This document shows positions 17,355 through 26,058 of a DNA stretch of 32,000 bases, one piece after another. Positions within the stretch are counted from its first letter, which is position 1. The number at the start of each line of letters is the position of its first letter. The stretch is taken from the sequence record KY606587.1. One strand, given 5' to 3'. The stretch comes from Dinoroseobacter phage vB_DshS-R5C. The position numbers and the translations under genes are program-made. The notes beneath the pieces were generated by a model. It was given only the letters and a program-made list of their open reading frames with translations. It had not been told where the DNA came from and did no database searches.

Positions 17355-17784
17355 CACCTTCCACGATCACCTGAGCCGGCAGTGCGCTGTCGGCCGCGAG
17401 AAGTTCGGCCCTGGCGAACGCACGAAAGGCGTGATGGACCACATCCGCAAGGAGTTCGACGAGATCGAAGCCGAGGAAACGCCCGACGGGCGCGCCGAGG
17501 AATGGACGGACGTCGCCATCCTGGGCCTCGACGGTCTGTTGCGCGCCGTTCGCGAAATGCTGCGCAAGCAGCTCTCGAAGCAGGAGGTCCCGCACGGCAT
17601 CAACGTCGACCGCGGGGGCAACATCCTGGGCTATAACGGCGAGCCGACCAACGACTTCGTCGCCGCGGTCGCGTGCCGCATGATCCGCCAGAAGCAGGCG
17701 AAGAACGAATTGCGCGACTTCGGCAACTGGCGCGACAAGTCCGAAGACGTCGCAATCGAGCACACGCGAGGCATCCATGACTGA
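17347..17784 (+). CDS. MazG-like / DUF550-type dATP/dGTP pyrophosphohydrolase candidate
   Basis: KFGPGERTKGVMDHIRKEFDEIEAEETPDGRAEEWTDVAILGLDGLLRA (EEW...D pattern). Confidence 0.75.
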   Translation: MFDTFHDHLSRQCAVGREKFGPGERTKGVMDHIRKEFDEIEAEETPDGRAEEWTDVAILGLDGLLRAVREMLRKQLSKQEVPHGINVDRGGNILGYNGEPTNDFVAAVACRMIRQKQAKNELRDFGNWRDKSEDVAIEHTRGIHD

Positions 17785-18445
17785 GATCAAGACACTCGTC
17801 TTCGACACCGAAACCAACGGCAAGCGCCCGAAGGGGCGTAACGTGCCGTTGACGTCCGAGCCCGGTCTCGTCCAGCTCGCCGCGATCTTGTATCTCGGCC
17901 GGCGACCCGTCGGGCACATGTCTTGCTTCATGCCGCCGTTGGGTGCGCAAGGTGATCGACGACCCATCCCCGATCCCGCGCTCGCGCCGAACGGCTTGAC
18001 GGAGAAGGACTACGAATTCTTCCGAAAATCGGGCATCACCGAGGAAACGGTCGACGCAGCCGGCCTTCCGTTCAAGGTGGGCGTCGCGATGTTCAACAAC
18101 TTCGTGAAGGTCGCCGACCGCATCGTTGCGCACAACATCGCCTTCGACGATCCGATTGTCCGGGCCGCCTACTCCCGCATCGCGTGCCCGCAGCAAGAGC
18201 TTTGGGAAACACCCAAGTTCTGCACTATGAAAACCCTCGAGCCCGTGCTCAAACTGCCTGGCAAGTATGGCTACAAATTCCCGACGCTGGACGAGTCATA
18301 CCGAGCACTCGTGGACCCGATGGGTTTCGAGGGCGCTCACGATGCGATGGTCGACGTGGAAGCGTGCGCCGCCGTGCTGTGGGCAATCGAAGACAAGGGT
18401 CACGACCTCTGGCAGCTGCCCGAGAATTGGCCGAAAGGAGAATGA
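17777..18445 (+). CDS. DnaQ-like 3'-5' exonuclease (DEDDh)
   Basis: LVFDTETNG (Exo I), VAHNIAFDDPIV (Exo II), GAHDAMVDVEA (Exo III). Confidence 0.85.
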   Translation: MTEIKTLVFDTETNGKRPKGRNVPLTSEPGLVQLAAILYLGRRPVGHMSCFMPPLGAQGDRRPIPDPALAPNGLTEKDYEFFRKSGITEETVDAAGLPFKVGVAMFNNFVKVADRIVAHNIAFDDPIVRAAYSRIACPQQELWETPKFCTMKTLEPVLKLPGKYGYKFPTLDESYRALVDPMGFEGAHDAMVDVEACAAVLWAIEDKGHDLWQLPENWPKGE

Positions 18446-18448
18446 ACG

Positions 18449-19423
18449 GTGAAAACAGAATTCAACCTCATCCGTCCCGCGTGTGACTTCGCTGGTGTGA
18501 TCTCGACCGACGCGTCGGTTCACATCCTCGGCGGTCGCATGGAGACGGCAAACAAGAAACTGATCGTGTCGCAGCCGGTCGACGGCCTGCCCGACATGAC
18601 GGTCGCCGCGGTCGATCTCGACTTCGTCTTGCGCAAGATGCCGGACGTCGAGTCGGTCAAGGTCAACAAGACCTTCGCGACGCTCAATCCGTCGACCGGG
18701 TCCTCGACGCGTATCAAGTTGATGCCCGACGGCAAGCCCTACAAGAAACCCGACATCGAGACGACCGACATCGTGGACATCGCCGGTCTGCTGAACGGCA
18801 TCGACGAAGTGCTCCCGTTCTCTGTCGGCGATCCGACACGACCCTGGTCCGAAGGCGCGCGGTTCGACGGCACGAAGATCACCGCCACGAACTCGACGAT
18901 GCTGATCCAGGCGAACATGGCGGAGAGCTGCGGTCTCGACGGCATCACGATCTCGCGTGAAGCGCTGCAGTACATCGCGCAGAGAGGCGACGCTCTGAAA
19001 GCGTGGGGCGTGTCTGAGCGCGGCATCCTGCTCGAGTATCACGACGGCGGCTGGGCGCTTGTCGCTCGCATGTCGATGGAGATGCCCGACAACGCGGTGA
19101 CGATGATCAACGGCATCAACGATTGGTCCGACATGCAGGAAGTCGACGACGAGTACCGCGCGGCGCTCGAGTTCACGTCCGACTTCGCCGAGAAGGCGGT
19201 CGAGATCCATGCCGACAAGATCTTCGGCGCGCGGTACTCGTCGGAACACGACGAGCCTGCGACGACGAATCTCGGCGACGTTGACAAGGCGGTCTTCGAT
19301 CCGAAGAACCTCGTGCTTGTCGCGCGCGTCGCGAACGAGATCGGTTTCGACCGGTACCCGAACCCGGTACCGTTCACCACCCCCGGCGGCTCGAAAGGCC
19401 TCATCGCCGGACTCATCGAGTAA
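18449..19423 (+). CDS. Possible DNA sliding clamp (DnaN/PCNA-like fold), GTG start
   Basis: ARFDGTKITATNSTMLIQANM... GITISREALQYIAQRG...GVSERGILLEYHDGGWALVARMSM; clamp-like pattern and position next to exonuclease/polymerase genes. Motif-level only. Confidence 0.4.
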   Translation: MKTEFNLIRPACDFAGVISTDASVHILGGRMETANKKLIVSQPVDGLPDMTVAAVDLDFVLRKMPDVESVKVNKTFATLNPSTGSSTRIKLMPDGKPYKKPDIETTDIVDIAGLLNGIDEVLPFSVGDPTRPWSEGARFDGTKITATNSTMLIQANMAESCGLDGITISREALQYIAQRGDALKAWGVSERGILLEYHDGGWALVARMSMEMPDNAVTMINGINDWSDMQEVDDEYRAALEFTSDFAEKAVEIHADKIFGARYSSEHDEPATTNLGDVDKAVFDPKNLVLVARVANEIGFDRYPNPVPFTTPGGSKGLIAGLIE

Positions 19424-19437
19424 GAAAGGCCCAACGG

Positions 19438-19830
19438 ATGAACATTTTCAGCAAACTCGTGCAGGCGCTCACGGGCGACAAGACGAAGGAAGGCCCGATC
19501 CCGGGCGCGATGGGGCGCATCCTCGCGCAGCAAGGCATCTACAAGATCGGCCCGCACGTGCGCAAAGGCACGCCGGTCAATGTCCTGATGGGCTGCAAGG
19601 AAGAACTCGTGATCGTTCCCGGCTCTGATCGGCCCGCGACGCGCAAGGACGGCACGCCGATCATCGGCACCGCGAAGGGCGGGAAGAAGTATCAGGTCAT
19701 GGACCAGTACGCGATCCCGAAAAAGCGCTGGAAGGCGATGCAGAACGACCAGAAGCGCAAGGCCGAGGGTCGCTGGTATTCCGGCGAGCCGCAATCGTCC
19801 ATCGACGCGCGGAAAGCGAAGGCGGCCTGA
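19438..19830 (+). CDS. Hypothetical protein (130 aa)
   Basis: Intact ORF, ATG overlap with queE. Confidence 0.6.
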   Translation: MNIFSKLVQALTGDKTKEGPIPGAMGRILAQQGIYKIGPHVRKGTPVNVLMGCKEELVIVPGSDRPATRKDGTPIIGTAKGGKKYQVMDQYAIPKKRWKAMQNDQKRKAEGRWYSGEPQSSIDARKAKAA

Positions 19831-20663
19831 TGTTCGGTCACAATGAAATCGTCGGGAAGCGTGCGTTTCCCGACGACGACAAACTCCTGGTCACTTCGAT
19901 CTTCGTCACGATGCAAGGCGAAGGACCTTTCTCGGGAATGCCCGCCGTCTTCGTGCGCCTCGCGAAGTGCAATCTCGCGTGCTCGTTCTGCGACACCTAC
20001 TTCGATTCCGGCGACTGGCTGACGTTCGACGAACTGGACACGTGCATCGACGACTTGCTGTGGGATGCGTCGCCCGTCCTGGACAAGGAAGACTATGTCC
20101 TGATCATCACCGGCGGCGAACCAATGCTGCAGAAGGCGCTCGTGCCCTACCTGTACTCGCAGGATCGGAAATGGCGCCACGTGCAGATCGAATCCAACGG
20201 CATCATCGTGCAGGACATCCCGGCGGCGGTCACGCTCGTCGTGTCACCGAAATGCCTCGAGAAGGACGGCCGCGCGACGCGCTACATCAAGCCGAATCCG
20301 AAAATGCTCGAGCGCGCCGATCACCTTAAGTTCGTCATGGAGTCGAACGGGAACTCGCCTTACTCGAAACTGCCCGACTGGGCGTTCGAATGGGCGCGCG
20401 GCGATGAGCACTCGTCTACCGACATCTTCGTCTCGCCCATGAACGTCTACAACCGCGCTCCGAAGCAGGCGAAGGTCGACCGATTGACGAACCAGACGAC
20501 GCTTCGCGACCGATCAGAAATCGAGGAAGTCATCTCGTTCTGGGAACCAGGGCTGTTGGACCTCGAAGTCAATCGGGACAACCACGAGTATACCGCGCGT
20601 TATGCGGTCAGGCACGGCTTGCGGTTCCAGGTTCAGGCGCACCTCTACGCGGGGCTTGCATAA
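19830..20663 (+). CDS. queE: 7-carboxy-7-deazaguanine synthase (radical SAM, QueE)
   Basis: TMQGEGPFSGMPAVFVRLAKCNLACSFCDTYFD (CX3CX2C), ITGGEPMLQ, VVSPKCLEKDGR. Confidence 0.93.
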   Translation: MFGHNEIVGKRAFPDDDKLLVTSIFVTMQGEGPFSGMPAVFVRLAKCNLACSFCDTYFDSGDWLTFDELDTCIDDLLWDASPVLDKEDYVLIITGGEPMLQKALVPYLYSQDRKWRHVQIESNGIIVQDIPAAVTLVVSPKCLEKDGRATRYIKPNPKMLERADHLKFVMESNGNSPYSKLPDWAFEWARGDEHSSTDIFVSPMNVYNRAPKQAKVDRLTNQTTLRDRSEIEEVISFWEPGLLDLEVNRDNHEYTARYAVRHGLRFQVQAHLYAGLA

Positions 20664-22679
20664 ATGGTTCGATTGACGAGCGAAGGAATCCAAACAGCAC
20701 CGAAGGCGACATCGGGCGATCTGTTCGGCGGCATGGGACGCGTAAAAGCGCCGCCCACGTCGCCGGCGCAGGCCAAGAAGGCCTTCGCGATCCCGAGCGA
20801 CCTCCCGACGGATTGGGTGCCACCTGAGTACCGGTCGATTGCGGGCATGAAGCGCATCGGCCTCGACATCGAAACGCACGACCCGAACCTGAAAGAGCTG
20901 GGCTCGGGCGCGCATCGCAAGGACGGCAAGATCTGTGGCATCGCGCTCGCGTATTCCGAGACCGACGCGTCCTACTATCCGACGGCGCACGAGACGGGCC
21001 CGAACGTCGAGAACCCGGACACGTTCTGGGAACGGATGCGAAACGAGGCGCGCGACTTCGAAGGCGAGATGGTCGGCACCAACTTGCAATACGACCTCGA
21101 CTGGTTGCGAACAGAACAAGGCGTCATCTTCCCGAAGGCGAAATTCCGGGACGTGCAGATCGCCGAGCCGCTGCTCGACGAGAATCGCCTGTCCTACAAG
21201 CTCGACATTCTCGCGAAGGATCACCTGAACGAGCGCAAGGCGACGGACGAGCTGCAAGCGCTCTACGGCGGCGCCTACATCGAGAACTTCCACCTGGTGC
21301 ATCCTGCGCACGCGACGACCTACGGACGCGGCGACGTGTTGCTCCCGTGGCGCATCATGGACAAGCAGATCAAACTGCTCGAGGACGACGGCCTCTTCGA
21401 CCTGTTCAAGATTGAGTCCGCGCTGTTCCCGCTGCTGCTTGAGATGCGGTACCGCGGCGTGCGCATCGACTTCGAGAAAGCACAAGAGTCCTACGACCGG
21501 CTCGAGCAGGAGGAGAACGAGATCGTCGACCGCCTGTCCAACATCGCAGGCGTGCAAGTCGACATCTGGTCGGCGGATTCGATTGGCGTCGCCTACGACA
21601 AACTCGGCCTCGACTACGTGCGCACGTCGCGCGGCAAGCCATCCTTCACCAAGGACTGGCTCAACGCGTCCGACGACGAACTGGCGCCGCTGATCGTGAA
21701 GGCACGCGCGAACTCGAAGATCAAAGGCACCTTCATCAAGTCCTACATCCTCGACTCGCACGTGAACGGGCGCCTCCACTGCATGTTCAACCAGCTGAAG
21801 TCAGACGAGGGCGGCACCGTGTCGGGTCGATTCTCATCGAGCGGCCCGAACCTTCAAAACATCCCGGCGCGCGATCCCGTCCTGGGGCCGCTCATGCGCT
21901 CGATGTTCATTCCCGAGGAAGGCATGCTCTGGGGCTCTCTCGACTGGTCACAGATCGAGTACCGAATGCTCGTGCACTATGCGGAGGTGACGAAAGGCAT
22001 CGACGCGTCCAGCGCTGTCCGCATGTATCGCAACGACCCGTCGACCGACTTCCACTCGATGGCGTCGGAGATCACGGGCGTTCCGCGCAAGCAGGCGAAG
22101 AACGTGAACTTCGGCGTCGTCTACGGGATGGGCGTGCCCAAGCTCGCAGCCGGCCTCGGCGTGTCGCTCGAGGAAGCGCAAGACATCATGGCGATGTTCC
22201 AGGAGAATGCGCCGTTCATGCGCGGCATGCTGGATCGCTGTTCGAACGCCGCCTCCCAGCGCGGGTTCATTCGCACCGTGCTCGGCCGCAAGCGTCGCTT
22301 CAACATGTGGGAAGTGCGCGTGCAGGGCGAAAAAGAACCTCACTTCGTGTCCGAGGACGAACTCGACGCGTTCCGCGAAGGCAAGCGCATCCGCTCGGAG
22401 CGTCGTGCGTTCACCCACAAAGCGCTCAACGCGCTGCTGCAGGGCTCGGCCGCTGACCTGATGAAAAAGGCGATGGTCGATGCGTGGGAAGCGGGTGTCT
22501 ATGACATCATGGTCCCGCACCTCACGGTCCACGACGAACTGAACCAGTCGGTGCCCGACACGCCCGAAGGTCACGAGGCTTTCGGCGAGCTGCGCCACAT
22601 CATGGAAACGACCATGGAACTGTCGATCCCGATCCGGGCCGACGGCACGATGGGCCACAACTGGGACGAGGCGAAGTGA
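20664..22679 (+). CDS. polA: Family A DNA polymerase with 3'-5' exonuclease domain
   Basis: IGLDIETHD exo motif; SSSGPNLQNIP-type segment; SLDWSQIEYRMLVHYAE motif A; RKQAKNVNFGVVYGMG motif B; VHDEL motif C. Confidence 0.95.
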   Translation: MVRLTSEGIQTAPKATSGDLFGGMGRVKAPPTSPAQAKKAFAIPSDLPTDWVPPEYRSIAGMKRIGLDIETHDPNLKELGSGAHRKDGKICGIALAYSETDASYYPTAHETGPNVENPDTFWERMRNEARDFEGEMVGTNLQYDLDWLRTEQGVIFPKAKFRDVQIAEPLLDENRLSYKLDILAKDHLNERKATDELQALYGGAYIENFHLVHPAHATTYGRGDVLLPWRIMDKQIKLLEDDGLFDLFKIESALFPLLLEMRYRGVRIDFEKAQESYDRLEQEENEIVDRLSNIAGVQVDIWSADSIGVAYDKLGLDYVRTSRGKPSFTKDWLNASDDELAPLIVKARANSKIKGTFIKSYILDSHVNGRLHCMFNQLKSDEGGTVSGRFSSSGPNLQNIPARDPVLGPLMRSMFIPEEGMLWGSLDWSQIEYRMLVHYAEVTKGIDASSAVRMYRNDPSTDFHSMASEITGVPRKQAKNVNFGVVYGMGVPKLAAGLGVSLEEAQDIMAMFQENAPFMRGMLDRCSNAASQRGFIRTVLGRKRRFNMWEVRVQGEKEPHFVSEDELDAFREGKRIRSERRAFTHKALNALLQGSAADLMKKAMVDAWEAGVYDIMVPHLTVHDELNQSVPDTPEGHEAFGELRHIMETTMELSIPIRADGTMGHNWDEAK

Positions 22680-22933
22680 CCAACGACAAAGGACCTCGCA
22701 CGAACTCCGACGAACCAGAGAACTGGGAAAACCCGCCGGCGTTCATCTTTCGCGTCTTTGTTGACGACGAACCGAAGGCGCAAGTCTTCGGCCCTCAGGA
22801 CAAGCGGAATTGGGTGCTCTGGAAGCTTTCTCAATATGCCATTGCGTTCGAAGACGAAGGCATCGTATCAGTGAAGCGTTTCAACAACGGGAAATGGGAG
22901 AACGCAGATGACTGGCGAAATCTCGCTCACTGA
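22676..22933 (+). CDS. Hypothetical protein (85 aa)
   Basis: ATGA overlap with polA. Confidence 0.6.
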   Translation: MTNDKGPRTNSDEPENWENPPAFIFRVFVDDEPKAQVFGPQDKRNWVLWKLSQYAIAFEDEGIVSVKRFNNGKWENADDWRNLAH

Positions 22934-23372
22934 CGATCAACTCGCTCAATTCGAGTACGATCCGCTCACCGGCGAGGTTCTTTACCTTGTGACGGGACGA
23001 CCTTTCTGCGGACAAGCAAACAACGGTTCCTGGGTGAAAGTTCATCGCTTGGCGTGGAGGCTGCAAACAGGTGAATGGCCTGAGGGCGTTATTGATCACA
23101 TCAATGGCGATCCGACTGACAACAGGTTCGAAAACCTGCGAGATGTCCCACAGCGCCTGAATTCTCGGAACCAGAAAAAGCATTCGAGGAACACTAGCGG
23201 GCAAACCGGCGTCTACTGGAGGAGAGACGTTGCGCGCTGGCAAGCCAGGATCAGCACTGATGAAGGTCAAAAGAGCCTCGGCTATTTCGACACGTTCGAG
23301 GAAGCCGTCGAAGCTCGGAAAACGGCTGAACGAGAAAATGAATATCACATCAACCACGGAGAACAACGGTGA
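22908..23372 (+). CDS. HNH homing endonuclease with AP2 DNA-binding domain
   Basis: VHRLAWRLQTGEWPEGVIDHINGDPTDNRFENLR plus AP2-like SGQTGVYWRRDVARWQARISTDEGQKSLGYFDTFEEAVEARKTA; more AT-rich than context. Confidence 0.88.
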   Translation: MTGEISLTDDQLAQFEYDPLTGEVLYLVTGRPFCGQANNGSWVKVHRLAWRLQTGEWPEGVIDHINGDPTDNRFENLRDVPQRLNSRNQKKHSRNTSGQTGVYWRRDVARWQARISTDEGQKSLGYFDTFEEAVEARKTAERENEYHINHGEQR

Positions 23373-24289
23373 GCGAAACACTGCACACTAAGTACCGGCC
23401 CACGACGCTCGAAGAGGTCGTCGGTCAGGATCACATCAAGAAAGGCCTCGCGGCGACGCTCGCCGAAGGCAAGCAGCAGGCGTTCCTGTTCGAAGGCCCG
23501 TCGGGCACGGGCAAGACGACGCTCGCGCGCATCTGCGCGAAGGATCTGGGCCTCGCTGAGGTGATCGAGATCGACGCTGCGACCCACACGGGCGTCGATG
23601 CGATGCGCGAGGTCGCGTCGCGCGCGAACTACGTGTCGATGGACGGTTCGGGCAAGGCGTTCATCGTTGACGAGTGCCACCGGCTGTCGAAACAGGCATG
23701 GGAAAGCCTGCTGAAGGACATCGAAGAGCCGCCCGCGGGCGTGTTCTGGTTCTTCTGCACGACCGAACCCAACAAGATCCTCCCGACGATCCGCTCGCGT
23801 TGCGTGACCTACACGCTGAAGGACGTTCCGTACCGCGCGCTGATGCGCCTGCTCGACGACGTGTCGAAACGTGAAGGGCTCGAGCTGCCCGAAGACGTGC
23901 TCGACGCTGCTGCGGACAATGCGCACGGCTCGCCTCGTCAGGCGTTGGTCAACTTGACCACGGTGAAACACGCGGAGAACGCGTCTGACGCGCTCGCAGC
24001 TCTGAACCGGCTCGCCGGCTCAAAAGCCGCTTTCGATCTCGCGAAGATGATCATCAAGCCGCAATACCAGTTCGCTGACGCGATGGCGCTGCTGAAGGAG
24101 ATCAAGTCGGAGCCGCCCGAGTCGATCCGTCACACGGTGCGCGCGTATGCGACGACCGCGATCCTGAACAGCCCCGACAACCGCTGGGCTCGAGGCGTCT
24201 TGATGGCGTTTATCGAACCCGCGGTCGATCACAACCAGATCAGCGACATCGTTGCGCGCCTGATCACGATGGAGAAGTGGAAGAAGTGA
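23369..24289 (+). CDS. AAA+ clamp-loader ATPase (DnaX/RFC-like)
   Basis: TKYRPTTLEEVVGQDHIKKGL, FEGPSGTGKTTLARI, FIVDECHRLSKQAWESLLKDIEEPP, IRSRC sensor. Confidence 0.9.
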   Translation: MSETLHTKYRPTTLEEVVGQDHIKKGLAATLAEGKQQAFLFEGPSGTGKTTLARICAKDLGLAEVIEIDAATHTGVDAMREVASRANYVSMDGSGKAFIVDECHRLSKQAWESLLKDIEEPPAGVFWFFCTTEPNKILPTIRSRCVTYTLKDVPYRALMRLLDDVSKREGLELPEDVLDAAADNAHGSPRQALVNLTTVKHAENASDALAALNRLAGSKAAFDLAKMIIKPQYQFADAMALLKEIKSEPPESIRHTVRAYATTAILNSPDNRWARGVLMAFIEPAVDHNQISDIVARLITMEKWKK

Positions 24290-24735
24290 TGCTGAAGTGG
24301 CACCTGCGTTTCCTCGACCTCGCTGACCACGTCGCGCAATGGTCGAAAGATCCGTCGACCAAGGTCGGCTGCGTGCTCGTAAACGACGACCGGCAGGTCG
24401 TCGGGATGGGCTACAACGGCTTCCCGCGCGGCGTCGAAGACGGCGCTGATCGCTACGCGGACCGGTCGATCAAGTACCCGATGGTGGTGCACGCTGAGGC
24501 CAATGCGATCTTGAACGCGGTCGGGACGACGCGAGGCACTATCGCCTACGTGACGCACCACCCGTGCGCCGATTGCATGGGTCTCTTGATCCAGGCGGGC
24601 ATCCGATCCATCATCACCCACCGTCCGGACGAAGGCCTCGCGGCAAGATTCTGCGATTCTTTTGCCATCACGAAGACGATGGGAACAGAATCCGGCGTTC
24701 CGGTAACATTTCTGGAGGACCTGCTCGATGGGTAA
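24289..24735 (+). CDS. dCMP deaminase
   Basis: SKDPSTKVGCVLV, YNGFPRGVED, HAEANAILNA, HHPCADCMGLL. Confidence 0.88.
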   Translation: MLKWHLRFLDLADHVAQWSKDPSTKVGCVLVNDDRQVVGMGYNGFPRGVEDGADRYADRSIKYPMVVHAEANAILNAVGTTRGTIAYVTHHPCADCMGLLIQAGIRSIITHRPDEGLAARFCDSFAITKTMGTESGVPVTFLEDLLDG

Positions 24736-24991
24736 CAAGATCCGCATCGTGAAACGCTACAACGACCTGTCGCCGAAGGCGGGCATCACCGAGGCCGACG
24801 TGGTCGACATCGAAGGCGGCGCCGAAGGTGCTGCGCGCTTCGTGACGGCGATCAATGCCAACCCCAACATCGACTTCGAGATCATCGACTACGAGGTCGC
24901 GTTGATCACGAAGATGGAAAACCCGGAAATCCTGGAGAACAAGACGGGCGGCGCAACCGGTAAGGTTCTGTTGCCCGGCAAGGACTTCTGA
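24728..24991 (+). CDS. Hypothetical protein (87 aa)
   Basis: Intact ORF overlapping the upstream stop. Confidence 0.6.
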   Translation: MGNKIRIVKRYNDLSPKAGITEADVVDIEGGAEGAARFVTAINANPNIDFEIIDYEVALITKMENPEILENKTGGATGKVLLPGKDF

Positions 24992-24998
24992 CGCCTGC

Positions 24999-25010
24999 GC
25001 GTTTAAACGC
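24999..25010. repeat. GTTTAAAC palindrome copy 5
   Basis: GCGTTTAAACGC; intergenic, 8 bp upstream of the TTGACG hexamer at 25019. Confidence 0.85.
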
Positions 25011-25018
25011 ATGAGCGG

Positions 25019-25070
25019 TTGACGTTTCGTTGTCCGAGTCGCTATGGTGATTGCATCAACAGCGACTCAA
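25019..25070 (+). promoter_or_regulatory. Promoter plus conserved start element ATCAACAGCGACTCAA
   Basis: TTGACG (25019-25024), 18-nt spacer, TATGGT (25043-25048), ATCAACAGCGACTCAA beginning at 25055. Confidence 0.55.
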
Positions 25071-25084
25071 CAACGGAAACGATC

Positions 25085-25366
25085 ATGTCCAGCATCACAC
25101 TCGGTAAATCGAAGCACGCGAATCTCGACTGCATCAAGGTCGGTTCGCGTGTTGCTGCGTTCGACCCCTCGATCTGCGAGATCACGAAAGTGTCCGCGGG
25201 TCGTTGGGAAGGCAAGACGCGCAACGGCTGGTCGTTCTCGATCATCGGTGGCAAAGCTGCTGGCGGCTACTCCAACGAGTGGTACGTCGAAGCCCCCGAA
25301 ATCTGGAACGGCTCGATCCGCGTGAAGTCGGCCATGGCCGCGGTCAAGTTGATCGAAAACACCTGA
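25085..25366 (+). CDS. Hypothetical protein (93 aa)
   Basis: MSSITLGKSKHANLDCIKVGSRV..., RBS CAACGGAAAC. Confidence 0.6.
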   Translation: MSSITLGKSKHANLDCIKVGSRVAAFDPSICEITKVSAGRWEGKTRNGWSFSIIGGKAAGGYSNEWYVEAPEIWNGSIRVKSAMAAVKLIENT

Positions 25367-25386
25367 ACCTCAAACAACGGAGAAAC

Positions 25387-25977
25387 ATGATGGCACGTAA
25401 ATTCAAAACCCGCGAAGAATGGCTCGACGCGTTCACGCGTGAGGCTCGCCCTATATTCCGCAAGGCCGGATTCCCGATCCCGCGCAAGGTGCGCGCGGCT
25501 GTCGGCTTCACGTCGCGCGGCGCGAAAGGCTCGCGCATCGGCGAGTGCTGGGATCATCGCGCGTCCGAGGACGGCTACTTCGAGATCTTCATCGACCCCA
25601 AGATCGGTGATCCGTCGCGCATCGCCGACATCCACACGCACGAACTGATCCACGCGGCCGTCGGGCTCGAGTGCGGTCACAAGGGCGACTTCGTCAAGTG
25701 CATGAAGGCGGTCGGGCTCGTCGGCAAACCGACCGCGACGACCGCAGGCGTCGATTGGCACAAGTGGGCGGACCCGATCATCAAGAAGCTCGGCAAGCTG
25801 CCTCACGCTGCGCTGAAAGCAGGCGGCAACGGCGACAAGAAGCAGTCGACTCGCATGAAAAAATGCATCTGCGACACGTGCGGCTTCACGTTCCGCACGA
25901 CCGCGAAATGGATGGAAGCGGCTCCCGAAATGCGTTGCCCGGACATCTTCTGCGAAGGCGTGATAAATTTCGAGTGA
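25387..25977 (+). CDS. SprT-like zinc metalloprotease domain protein with C-terminal zinc ribbon
   Basis: ADIHTHELIHAAVG (HELxH) and CICDTCGFTF...MRCPDIFC. Confidence 0.6.
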   Translation: MMARKFKTREEWLDAFTREARPIFRKAGFPIPRKVRAAVGFTSRGAKGSRIGECWDHRASEDGYFEIFIDPKIGDPSRIADIHTHELIHAAVGLECGHKGDFVKCMKAVGLVGKPTATTAGVDWHKWADPIIKKLGKLPHAALKAGGNGDKKQSTRMKKCICDTCGFTFRTTAKWMEAAPEMRCPDIFCEGVINFE

Positions 25978-25997
25978 TCCGCTTTCACCCCTTCACC

Positions 25998-26029
25998 GCC
26001 GCTCGCGCGACTGCTATCGTGCGAGCGGC
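25998..26029. other. Perfect 9-bp inverted repeat hairpin
   Basis: GCCGCTCGC / GCGAGCGGC with 14-nt loop in the intergenic gap; no T-run. Confidence 0.6.
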
Positions 26030-26058
26030 TTCACATTCGAACAACGGGGAACCGACCC

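Noticed and set aside
20514-21779. 421-aa minus-strand ORF opposite polA
   Set aside because: Overlaps confidently identified exonuclease/polymerase motifs on the + strand.
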